Positions 45,644 to 54,713 of a stretch of 64,000 nt of DNA are shown here, piece after piece. The notes beneath the pieces are model-generated. The model saw nothing but the letters and a program-made list of their open reading frames with translations, did no database searches and was not told the origin of the DNA. Location of the stretch: the IMG/VR virus record IMGVR_UViG_3300044858_005455, one strand, 5' to 3'. A program made the position numbers and the translations under genes. Source of the stretch: an uncultured virus (IMG/VR IMGVR_UViG_3300044858_005455). Lineage: Duplodnaviria; Heunggongvirae; Uroviricota; Caudoviricetes. Each line of letters opens with the position of its first letter. Positions within the stretch are counted from its first letter, which is position 1.

Positions 45644-46980
45644 ATATGGAAGTACGTAACGCCCCCACGCCAGCAATACGCCGGCGCACTATCTACGCTA
45701 TGGAGCACCTAGGCCTAGCCACTAGTTATCTATCTGAGGATGGTGGCTATAAACGAGCAGGCAAGCCTACCTACCAGCAGCTGAGTGCCTGGGATGAAGC
45801 AGCGCAGGCGGAGCCTATCATAGCGCAGGGCCTCGACTCTATAGCACTGAGCGTGCTTAATAAGGTCGGGCCCTATCAACACGGGGATAAGCGCATTAAG
45901 AAGTTCATAGATGACCAACTACGCAATAGAGCCAAGACATGGATATCTCACTGCGTGAAGTCTATTATGACGTATGGCTTCAGCCTAAGCGAGCAGATAT
46001 ACGCCCACGGCACGCGTGATAATATGCCGGCTACAGTATTAGATGACATAGTTAATTATCACCCACTACAGGTCATGCTCATCACTAACGACAATGGCCG
46101 TATAGTAGATGGTGATACAGTAACAGCTAGTCAATACAAGTCGGGCTACTGGGTGCCCCTGCCTCCCTATAAGATAGGAGACCCCCCTAAGAGAGTAGAC
46201 GTGGTAGGTAGTCATGTACGGCTCCCTAGTCACAAACGGCTATTCATTAACTACAACACTAAGGGTAATAATCCCTGGGGTACCAGTTGCCTTACTAGCG
46301 TGCTAGACTACTCTATATTTAAGCGGGCCTTTCGAGATATGATGCTCATAGCTCTAGACCGCTATGGTACCCCCCTCATATACGTAATAGTGCCGCCCGG
46401 TAATACAGGCGTAGTAGAGGAGGCTCCTGATGGTACAGAGATAACCACTACTATAGCGGAGCAGGCAGAGGACGCACTCCGGCGTCTGAGCACCGACTCT
46501 GGTTTAGTATTAACACAGCTCAGTAAGGAGCAGCCGGTACAGGTGGGGGCCCTAACTACAGGTAATAACTTCAGCGACTCATTTGAAAGAGCCATATCAC
46601 TCTGCGATAGCAATATGCTAATGGGTATGGGTATTCCTAACTTACTGGTGCAAAATAGAGAGACTACCTTTGGTACAGGCCGGGCCAGCGAGATTCAACT
46701 AGAGCTCTTCGACGGTAAGATCAACAGTATATTCGATACAGTGATACACGCCTTCACTGAACAGGTCATAGGCAACCTAATCAGGTTGAACTTCGACCCC
46801 GCAATATACCCACTGGCCAGCAACACGGGCTATATAACTCGTTTACCAGGGAGGGCCACTGATCTAGCAGCACTGATAGAAGCCATTAAGCAGATGCACG
46901 ACATGGGCTTCCTAGTAGATGGAGATAAGGATCACATACGTTCCATTACTGGATTACCCGATGCCATTAGTTCTATTTAG
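45640..46980 (+). CDS. Portal protein (Mu gp29/DUF935-like)
   Basis: YGFSLSEQIY, NPWGTS.L, ALDRYGTP, FTEQVI..LI.LNF; position before the protease and capsid genes. Confidence 0.8.
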   Translation: MNMEVRNAPTPAIRRRTIYAMEHLGLATSYLSEDGGYKRAGKPTYQQLSAWDEAAQAEPIIAQGLDSIALSVLNKVGPYQHGDKRIKKFIDDQLRNRAKTWISHCVKSIMTYGFSLSEQIYAHGTRDNMPATVLDDIVNYHPLQVMLITNDNGRIVDGDTVTASQYKSGYWVPLPPYKIGDPPKRVDVVGSHVRLPSHKRLFINYNTKGNNPWGTSCLTSVLDYSIFKRAFRDMMLIALDRYGTPLIYVIVPPGNTGVVEEAPDGTEITTTIAEQAEDALRRLSTDSGLVLTQLSKEQPVQVGALTTGNNFSDSFERAISLCDSNMLMGMGIPNLLVQNRETTFGTGRASEIQLELFDGKINSIFDTVIHAFTEQVIGNLIRLNFDPAIYPLASNTGYITRLPGRATDLAALIEAIKQMHDMGFLVDGDKDHIRSITGLPDAISSI

Positions 46981-47371
46981 GCTTTACACGATGACGTAGA
47001 TCGTTCTGCCGCGCTCGGTATGTTAGGTGCCAGTCCCGCAGTATGAGATGCTTACAGTAACCCCGCTGAGGGCAACTACAGTCTGTGCCATGTATTTGAT
47101 ATATATCACCACGAGGTGACTCTACTATCTCACCTCCCTCAATTGCAGTATAAGTGTAGCCCTCAGTTAGCATACGGCCGGCCAGGTAATTATAGTATGT
47201 AGACTCAAGCGTACCTTGTAGTAGGGAAGCTATACTTATCTTATACGGCTTAGTACTCAACCCCTCATCGAGGTTAAAGACCAGACAGGTATCTTCAATA
47301 GTCGCGTTACGAATACGGCGAACGAGAAGTCGCTCTAGAGCTTCTAAAGCCAATATTCTTTCTAATTGCAT
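46973..47371 (-). CDS. SWIM zinc-finger protein
   Basis: Y.I.GTDCSCPQRGYCKHL; start reassigned to MQLERI (ATG 47371), since the longer track ORF is antisense to the protease repeats. Confidence 0.7.
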   Translation of the reverse strand: MQLERILALEALERLLVRRIRNATIEDTCLVFNLDEGLSTKPYKISIASLLQGTLESTYYNYLAGRMLTEGYTYTAIEGGEIVESPRGDIYQIHGTDCSCPQRGYCKHLILRDWHLTYRARQNDLRHRVKPK

Positions 47372-47408
47372 ATTTCCTACCTTTAGTGATGTTAGTTGAT
47401 ACAGGCTA

Positions 47409-48854
47409 ATGAAGCCACCAGCAATTATGCTTATGCCCGAAACTATTGATGCCTCTATTGTAGAGGATAATTTAAGTATAGATAACCCTACCTTCGAGAT
47501 ATCAGAGACCCCGCCTAGCGCAACCGAAGCCCCATTGGTTGAGACTACGCTTAGCGCAACCGAAGCCCCATTGGTTGAGACTACACCTAGCGCAACCGAA
47601 GCCCCATTGGTTGAGACTACGCTTATCGAGGTTGAAGCGGTCAAAGAGTGCACTGATGACTTCTGTCCAGTCAACGTAGAGCATAACGGGCCCAGACTAT
47701 TCAGCTCAGCTGCTGTAGGAGACGCCAGTATAGAGCTATTAAAGGGTAAACTAAGAGTACCGCAGGCCAAGATAGGCACCTGGAAACACAACACCTACGG
47801 TGAGGTAACCTTCACCATGGAGAAATTCACAGAGGCCATCACTAACTTCGAAAATGATGTACTAGGCTTTGAGCCATACCTTACATTCGGCCACCCTATT
47901 GAGAGCTCCGACGTTAATAGCTACGATGAATTTATAGAGACTGCAGAAGCACTTGATGGCCAGCGTAAGCGTGGGGACCTCGAGCAATTACGCATTGAGG
48001 GCGACATGCTGGTGGGATACTACACACCTAAGTCAGAAGCCTATGATGCAGTTAGCAGGGGAGAGTACGAATACAGCTCAGGCGAATTCCTGACTAATTT
48101 CACTGATAAGAATACAGGAGTTAATCGAGGAACTGTGTTAGTTAGAACTGCATTAACTAATGCTCCATTCATTCCTCATAGAGAGAAGGTAGTAGCACTT
48201 AGCCAGAGCCCACAAACAATAGCCGGAGCAGTGTTTAAATTAAGCGCAGTTATACCCGAACAAACAATTTCTAATCAAACAACTATGTCGGATGAGATTA
48301 TTATGGAAACTCCCGAGACCGAGATCGATACTGTCCCGGCAACGGAGCCCTCACTAGCAGTGGCTAAAGATGCCCTTGAGAGTATGCGCCTTAATTTAGA
48401 GGCGGTATACGAAGAGAAGCTAGCAGCTATGACTAAGGCTCAGTCTGATGTAATAGCTACCCTCACTAAACAGTTAGAGGCTATCGAGGAAAAGCTATCG
48501 ATGACCCAATCTGTAGCTCAGGCCTATTCTACTGAGGTGAGTGTTAGAGAGAAGGCCAACCGTACTAAGCGCTTACAAAGCAGAGGTGTACCCCCTGCGT
48601 TAATTGAGCGTTTCAGTTTATTAGCCGATGCACTCCACGGTGGTTCTCGTGTTATCAAGCTCTCTACAGAAGCTGGCGGCGAGCGTGATGTAACCGATGA
48701 ATTAGAAGAGCTATTAAATATTGCTGTTAACAGTAAGCCCGTAGTAGTGCAACAGTATGGCCAGAGCGCAGCCACCCGCCCATCTGGTCTAGAAGCCCAG
48801 CTCCGCGAGCTAGCCCAGAAGAACTGGGATTCAGCTAAGAAATCCAAGGTCTAG
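47409..48854 (+). CDS. Prohead protease/scaffold protein
   Basis: GTWKH..YG.V.FT, YEYSSGEF, ALTNAPF (Mu I-like protease motifs), C-terminal coiled-coil scaffold. Confidence 0.8.
   Translation: MKPPAIMLMPETIDASIVEDNLSIDNPTFEISETPPSATEAPLVETTLSATEAPLVETTPSATEAPLVETTLIEVEAVKECTDDFCPVNVEHNGPRLFSSAAVGDASIELLKGKLRVPQAKIGTWKHNTYGEVTFTMEKFTEAITNFENDVLGFEPYLTFGHPIESSDVNSYDEFIETAEALDGQRKRGDLEQLRIEGDMLVGYYTPKSEAYDAVSRGEYEYSSGEFLTNFTDKNTGVNRGTVLVRTALTNAPFIPHREKVVALSQSPQTIAGAVFKLSAVIPEQTISNQTTMSDEIIMETPETEIDTVPATEPSLAVAKDALESMRLNLEAVYEEKLAAMTKAQSDVIATLTKQLEAIEEKLSMTQSVAQAYSTEVSVREKANRTKRLQSRGVPPALIERFSLLADALHGGSRVIKLSTEAGGERDVTDELEELLNIAVNSKPVVVQQYGQSAATRPSGLEAQLRELAQKNWDSAKKSKV
47516..47623 (+). repeat. 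3 x 36-bp coding tandem repeat (SATEAPLVETTx)
   Basis: TAGCGCAACCGAAGCCCCATTGGTTGAGACTAC at 47516, 47552 and 47588. Confidence 0.9.
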
Positions 48855-48880
48855 TCCTAATTTACTAACTTCCCACTAAT

Positions 48881-50194
48881 ATGGCAGATACTCCGAGCCC
48901 CAACTTTCAAGCGCTTATCAGCAGCCCCTACTTAGTAGACAACACTACGTTCCCTCGGGAGCCTGTATACACTGAGTTAGCCCGCTCTATTCTCGCTAAG
49001 TTACCTGCGACCCCTCTCAGCACTGTATTCCCCGATGAGACTATTGCTGAGCGCATTGTCATTGCTGAACACGTCATCGAAGGCGTCGATACTATTTTCC
49101 CTGTGGTTGAATGGGGTGCACCTGACCTATTCGTTGATGACGATGGCTATACAGTGTATCGCCAATCCTACCAACCCCTTCCTATCCGTCAATCGATGTA
49201 CATGAGTTATGCCCAACTCAATAACACTGTGAGAGAGGGTACTACTAATGAACGCGCTACTGCTGCTGAACAGATTGAGAAAAAACTTACCCGTCAAATG
49301 CAGAAGCATCAATTAACCTGGAACGTGTTCCAGGCTGCTATGATGCTCGGCGGCATCAATTACACTGATCCTCGTTCTGGAGTTCGTGTTAAGGCCCCTG
49401 CGTACATCCCCGCGCGTAACTTCTTTAACTTCAACACTACCCAAGGTTGCCGTGGCCGTAATGAGGCCCGTTTATTCCGTAACCTCGTTGATTTAAACGC
49501 AGGCGGTACTCCCAGTTCAGGCATTCCTATCACTGATCCTCAGTTTGCTCTCTCCAACTTTGCACGTCGACTAAACCGTTGGTTTAAGGATACCAATAAA
49601 TCGGATATCACCGATATGTATATGGGTCCCGAGATGCGTGACGTTATTCTCATGTCTGAAGAAGCTCGTCTCGCACAAGGCGGTATTATCCCTAGGCTCG
49701 GCGCAGTGTTTGGAGACAGCACAATTGAGTCCAGCGGCAGTGGTGGGTCCTTTGGCCCCCTCCCTCCTGGTGGATTAGGAACTGGCATGGGCCTAGTATT
49801 AGGTACCCGCGGCGAGATCCTCTCTATTGCGGGAATCAACGTTCACGTAGTAGATACTATCTACAAGGACCCAGTTGATGGCGTTGAGAAGCGCGTATGG
49901 CCTAAGAACAAAATTGTAGCTGTCAGCTTCCGCGATAGCAATGGTAACGTAGAAGCACCGGGTAGAACTCAGTATTGCTCTAGTGAAAACAGCATTGATA
50001 GCCCCGGCTTATGGACTCGTACTGTTACTGATGTTCCTCCTCCGGCAGCCCCTGGTATCGCGGTTCAGATGGGTAATGCGGGTCTTCCCTACTTCAAGTT
50101 CCCCTATCGCGTCTGCCATGTAACTCCCTGTACCGTACAGCAAATCAATGAGCGTCTAGGTATCCAAGGAGACCTATTCTTCCCTGGTTTATAA
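48881..50194 (+). CDS. Major capsid protein
   Basis: 437 aa, directly after the protease/scaffold; distinct highly-expressed codon usage. Confidence 0.8.
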   Translation: MADTPSPNFQALISSPYLVDNTTFPREPVYTELARSILAKLPATPLSTVFPDETIAERIVIAEHVIEGVDTIFPVVEWGAPDLFVDDDGYTVYRQSYQPLPIRQSMYMSYAQLNNTVREGTTNERATAAEQIEKKLTRQMQKHQLTWNVFQAAMMLGGINYTDPRSGVRVKAPAYIPARNFFNFNTTQGCRGRNEARLFRNLVDLNAGGTPSSGIPITDPQFALSNFARRLNRWFKDTNKSDITDMYMGPEMRDVILMSEEARLAQGGIIPRLGAVFGDSTIESSGSGGSFGPLPPGGLGTGMGLVLGTRGEILSIAGINVHVVDTIYKDPVDGVEKRVWPKNKIVAVSFRDSNGNVEAPGRTQYCSSENSIDSPGLWTRTVTDVPPPAAPGIAVQMGNAGLPYFKFPYRVCHVTPCTVQQINERLGIQGDLFFPGL

Positions 50195-50222
50195 TTCCTC
50201 ACCCCCCACATATCTTTAAACT

Positions 50223-51329
50223 ATGTCTATCCACAACGTTTGGCAGGCCCTCCCTGGAGCGCGTAAGCCGATCTACGATACGCTGTATGTGTTGGGTGGG
50301 GTAACTACCGCCCCCACCGCAGCTGTACAGGCCTCTCCTAACGAGGACACGATTAACTTCACTGGTGGAACCATCGAGTTCGATGGTATCCCCATCTCTC
50401 TCAATGGCTTATCTCTTGATTTCGGCGCTCTTGGTTCTCTTGTAGCACAGGGACAGCGCTTTGTAATTAGCGCAGTACCCAGTTACTTAGAGCCGGCTGA
50501 TAAAACTGCTGCTGTTGCCGCTGGTGTTAATTACTTCGTTAACTATGATGCTAACCTTGAGGCCTACGCTGATGTATTCATCAGTCCCACTGTCGAGGCT
50601 GCTGTAGCCGCTCTTGGTGGTATCGATAATGTGCGTAATCGCGTATTCAAGGGATCGGCTAGCGCAGCTGATATTGTAGCCTTCAACAATTACGAAGAAG
50701 AGCGCGCTAAGAGTACTAGCCGCCCCTATGCTCCTTATCCTCTCGTCCCTTCTGGCGTGCGCCTAGTTCTCAGGGAAGTAATTCCCCAGACCAATGCAGC
50801 ATCCCAGAATCTCTTAGAGAACATCACCTCTACTGCATTTCTCGAGTTGAGTGCTCAGGTACCTGAGTTCCCTGCAGTCCGTAAGGTATTTACTAAGGCC
50901 GACGCTGTAGCCCGCTACAACACTGCTGGTAAATCCTTCTTAATTAAGCCCGGCACTGCGTTCCATTACGCTAACGTTGGCAATGCTAACGCTGGTACTG
51001 CGAGCACCGCTGTTGCTGACATCAATAACATCAACGCTGTGTCTGGTACTCACGTTTCTGTGTTTGAGTATTACATGCCCAGCACTACTGCGTCTGCTCA
51101 GACTGGTAGCGAATCAGCTATCCAGCGCGTATTAACTCGTTCTGACTCTACATTACTAGGTCGCATCAATCCTATCTACTTAGCGAATGAGGCTCCTATG
51201 CGTAAGGTCGGAAAACCAGGCGACTCTCGCCTGACTAAATGGGCTGATCCCACTGACCTAGTTGAAGTAACTGTAGGCCCATCTAATGCTCTCACTATCT
51301 CCCGCACTATCTACAGAAGCTTAATCTAA
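50223..51329 (+). CDS. Second major head/decoration protein
   Basis: 368 aa, same codon bias, followed by a strong terminator. Confidence 0.65.
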   Translation: MSIHNVWQALPGARKPIYDTLYVLGGVTTAPTAAVQASPNEDTINFTGGTIEFDGIPISLNGLSLDFGALGSLVAQGQRFVISAVPSYLEPADKTAAVAAGVNYFVNYDANLEAYADVFISPTVEAAVAALGGIDNVRNRVFKGSASAADIVAFNNYEEERAKSTSRPYAPYPLVPSGVRLVLREVIPQTNAASQNLLENITSTAFLELSAQVPEFPAVRKVFTKADAVARYNTAGKSFLIKPGTAFHYANVGNANAGTASTAVADINNINAVSGTHVSVFEYYMPSTTASAQTGSESAIQRVLTRSDSTLLGRINPIYLANEAPMRKVGKPGDSRLTKWADPTDLVEVTVGPSNALTISRTIYRSLI

Positions 51330-51342
51330 TAGTGTGATGCCT

Positions 51343-51378
51343 ATATAAAACGCTAGGATTTCTCCTAGCGTTTTATAT
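51343..51378. terminator. Intrinsic terminator (possibly bidirectional)
   Basis: ATATAAAACGCTAGGA-TTTC-TCCTAGCGTTTTATAT perfect 16-bp stem. Confidence 0.85.
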
Positions 51379-51444
51379 TATATAGACCCACACTCTTTAG
51401 AGCGTCTTTATGTGTTAGATTGTTGATATCCATTTTCTAAATAT

Positions 51445-52077
51445 ATGACTACATTAGTACTGACCATCCTAAGTCCCTTTGATTATGAGTTCGGGGGCAA
51501 AAGCCGCGCTTACTTCACAGGAGATAGACCTCACTTCGACCTCAATGATGCACAAGCAAAAGAGGAGCTCAAGTTTCTAGTTAGCCCGCAGTCTATTCAT
51601 CTAGATTACTTCTATCTCGATGAGTATCAACAGGGCTATAAGGAATTAATGGATGAAGTAAACCGCGAGGGCGCTAACTACGATTACATTGAAGGCGCGG
51701 TTACCCACGGCGTCTCTACTCAAGAAGAGAGCGTTATCAGTTACGAAGTACATGATATCCCGGTAGGTTTACCAGGAGAGCCTCTAGTACCTATTGAAGA
51801 GAAGGCCCCTGAGTTAGGAGAGTCCGGTATGCCTCCCGTAGAGCCTGAGATCTACGATGAGGATGATGACGAGGCTACGGTCTTCCTGACAGCAGATGGA
51901 AAGGAGATTGAGGTTAGCACCGTTAATAGTCCTAATCTCATTGATGCTGTTAATTTAGATAGACGAGCCCAGTTAGAAAAACTGACATCTAACGAAATCA
52001 AGGATATAGCTGTAGAAAAGGGTATTCGTTTCATCGGTAAGGCGCGTACTATTGATGCTCTAATGAACCTTGAGTAA
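51445..52077 (+). CDS. Acidic protein with C-terminal HeH/Rho-N-like motif
   Basis: LEKLTSNEIKDIAVEKGI....K...IDAL. Confidence 0.6.
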   Translation: MTTLVLTILSPFDYEFGGKSRAYFTGDRPHFDLNDAQAKEELKFLVSPQSIHLDYFYLDEYQQGYKELMDEVNREGANYDYIEGAVTHGVSTQEESVISYEVHDIPVGLPGEPLVPIEEKAPELGESGMPPVEPEIYDEDDDEATVFLTADGKEIEVSTVNSPNLIDAVNLDRRAQLEKLTSNEIKDIAVEKGIRFIGKARTIDALMNLE

Positions 52078-52089
52078 CCGGAGGTTACA

Positions 52090-53967
52090 TTGAACAGTTT
52101 CGGCCAGAGTGGTCCCATCCGCACCTATATAGAGACTAACCGCGAGGCATTCCTCGATATGGTAGTCTCTCACAGTGTTCTATTATCAGCCTATAGACGA
52201 CGGCAGGATGAGGTAGTGGCTGTAGCTCTGCAACAGGCCTATCCACGCATGGGCTTGATACTGAGCGCAGCCCGCGCTCTGGATAACACGTATCTATTCG
52301 GCGATACGTATCCCATAGTATTCCAGCGAGTAGTCGAGATACTCAGCGATTCTAGCGGCCCATTCCAAGAGGGTCTACTGGCCATAGCAGCTACTCTCAC
52401 TGCTAGTCGTCTAATAGCCTCCATTCCTATTGATGCTAATGTTAAGAATATAACACTAGCGGAGAATCTAGAGAAGGCGGCTATAACCGATCTAGAGCGT
52501 ATCATAACTCTCTATAAGGATGGTTTAGTATCAGGAGACGGGGCACGAGAGCTAGATGCCAATAAGGAGCGTACTCTCTACTTTGCACTTAACCTCGACC
52601 TAGACTCACTATCCTATAGTGACTTCACATCTATCAACCTAGATACGAGCCGGCCCAACTCACCAGTACGTCAATTAGAGACACTGCATATAGATAGCGA
52701 TAACTATAGCTATGTATATCTCTACTTATCTAATAAAACGGGCCCCACCGATGGATACGTAGTAAGTAACTCTAGTGCGGTAGAGGTCATAGTGCCTATG
52801 GTAGATGGCTATACTATTCACGACGTCATATCTAGTGTCACTATGGTGATTAATAATGCTACGCTAGGCGCACTAGACTGCACCAACCTATTGGTGGGCC
52901 CTAATAGTAAGAGGCCCCGCTCTATGCAACTGGACATAGATAGTAAGAGTTATTTCCCGAATGAATTACCTAAGCGCACGAAGGCCTCTGTATGGTTCGA
53001 GACGGTAGGCATGAGTCTGGGAGTACGGCGTCACGATGCCACTATTGGTAAAGAGCTGGTGATAATGTCGGCCCATACTATAGCGCTTAGCGCTATATTA
53101 CCAAGTTATCTAGGTGAGTGGACCACAGGCTCTGCATACGCTATTGGTAATGTAGTCAGATATAATGGCCTATTCTACCGAGCGCTAGTAGCAGGTCTAA
53201 ATCCAGCTCCTCCCAGTGCACAGTGGGAAGTTGTTACTATAACACCTGCCATGGCTATAACAGCCCGTACCTCTAGTGAGTATTACATCCCAGGGCTACT
53301 CCATAGTACGGAACCCGACTTTAGTTCTATGGGGGAATGGGGGAGTCGTTCTCTTATACTCGAGGTCAAGGAGGGCAATTATAAGGCTATGGAGCCCACA
53401 CCGACTACCGATTATGAGCTCAATACGTTTTACTTCAGAACTACGGGCCCCTTAGAAGGGACCGTACGACTTCGTATTAGTAGTAGTCAGCCTACGGAAG
53501 AGAGTTATACATTCTTAGATACGGACGATACATTACTCATAGAGGTAAATGGTTTAACACCTATGGCACTAGTAGAGACTCTACTACAGGCTACATACTC
53601 TATAAGCCCTTACACTGGGGTACTAGGCGCTATACATATTGATAGAGATGGCGTGCCGGGCATAACCTTCACGTCTTTCAGAGAGTCAGCTCTTGAGATA
53701 AGAGAGATAATCGATCTATTAGCAGGAGATGATGGCTTCCCTAGCAAACTCGAGGTAGGAGTAGGGGATGAGGTAGCCAATAGATCAGCCTATACAACGA
53801 ACCCCCGCTCTCTAATCATAATGGCTAAGAAGCAAGATAACTTGAATGAGATTAGGGCCACCATACTAGACCCTAATAAGAAGGGCGGTAAGGTAGTTAG
53901 AGTAACTACAGGAGATATGAGCCCGCGCCTCCAGGATGTATTTGACCGTCTCAGGAGACTAAAATGA
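52090..53967 (+). CDS. Virion structural protein (possible head-tail adaptor) with a CBM5/12-like insert
   Basis: WTTGSAYAIGNVVRYNGLFYRA...P..AQW; synteny. Confidence 0.55.
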   Translation: MNSFGQSGPIRTYIETNREAFLDMVVSHSVLLSAYRRRQDEVVAVALQQAYPRMGLILSAARALDNTYLFGDTYPIVFQRVVEILSDSSGPFQEGLLAIAATLTASRLIASIPIDANVKNITLAENLEKAAITDLERIITLYKDGLVSGDGARELDANKERTLYFALNLDLDSLSYSDFTSINLDTSRPNSPVRQLETLHIDSDNYSYVYLYLSNKTGPTDGYVVSNSSAVEVIVPMVDGYTIHDVISSVTMVINNATLGALDCTNLLVGPNSKRPRSMQLDIDSKSYFPNELPKRTKASVWFETVGMSLGVRRHDATIGKELVIMSAHTIALSAILPSYLGEWTTGSAYAIGNVVRYNGLFYRALVAGLNPAPPSAQWEVVTITPAMAITARTSSEYYIPGLLHSTEPDFSSMGEWGSRSLILEVKEGNYKAMEPTPTTDYELNTFYFRTTGPLEGTVRLRISSSQPTEESYTFLDTDDTLLIEVNGLTPMALVETLLQATYSISPYTGVLGAIHIDRDGVPGITFTSFRESALEIREIIDLLAGDDGFPSKLEVGVGDEVANRSAYTTNPRSLIIMAKKQDNLNEIRATILDPNKKGGKVVRVTTGDMSPRLQDVFDRLRRLK

Positions 53968-54662
53968 CAGATCTCAGGATAGAGAACTCACTATACGACA
54001 TCAGCCGCCGTCTATTCACATATTTATCTAATCACCCTCTACTCTACTACCCACTAGTAAAGCACCCTGTCACTGGAGACGTAGTGAATATAGAGTACTG
54101 GAGACAGGCAGCGGGACTAGCTACACAGCCGGGCCTCGTTTGTTCTATATTCCCTAATAACGAAGCGGAGACTAGCACACCCCATAGCTCTATGGGTTAT
54201 GAGGTTAGTAGTGTATATAAGCCGCATACTATGGGAGGAATGGGGGGCTACGAACAGGCCTGCTTTAACTTCATAATACGGTTCTCTATGCAAGAGGTTA
54301 GCTTCGATGACCTCGATATAGAAGAGTGTCCTATACTTATAACTGATAATTTAGAGCCACGCCTGCAAGAACCCATAGTATCTACTGCTAGGCTGGCCAT
54401 TAGTCCTCCACTAGCTATTATCAGTAACTACATGGAGCTAACGCGCCTTGCATTATACGATAATGAACACAGCGTAGCGCTACCAGGCGATAATATACAG
54501 GTACTGAGTAGTAATTACTCAACTAGTAAGTGGGAGGACAATGGTAACGTCTACTTTCATCAGGGTAGTCTATTAATAGCTCTAGACAGCTACGTCAGCA
54601 AGGGATGGCGGGATAGATTAAGACAACCCCTAGAGAGATTTATTATACTAGATCCTACTTGA
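53964..54662 (+). CDS. Putative neck/tail terminator protein
   Basis: Position immediately before the sheath gene. Confidence 0.45.
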   Translation: MTDLRIENSLYDISRRLFTYLSNHPLLYYPLVKHPVTGDVVNIEYWRQAAGLATQPGLVCSIFPNNEAETSTPHSSMGYEVSSVYKPHTMGGMGGYEQACFNFIIRFSMQEVSFDDLDIEECPILITDNLEPRLQEPIVSTARLAISPPLAIISNYMELTRLALYDNEHSVALPGDNIQVLSSNYSTSKWEDNGNVYFHQGSLLIALDSYVSKGWRDRLRQPLERFIILDPT

Positions 54663-54713
54663 GTCTATCTAATAACTGGTAAGACTACTAAGTCCCTACG
54701 GATATATAGATAA

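Noticed and set aside
47372..47794. N-terminal extension of the 273-aa - strand ORF
   Set aside because: Antisense read-through of the protease's 36-bp repeats; the real gene likely starts at 47371
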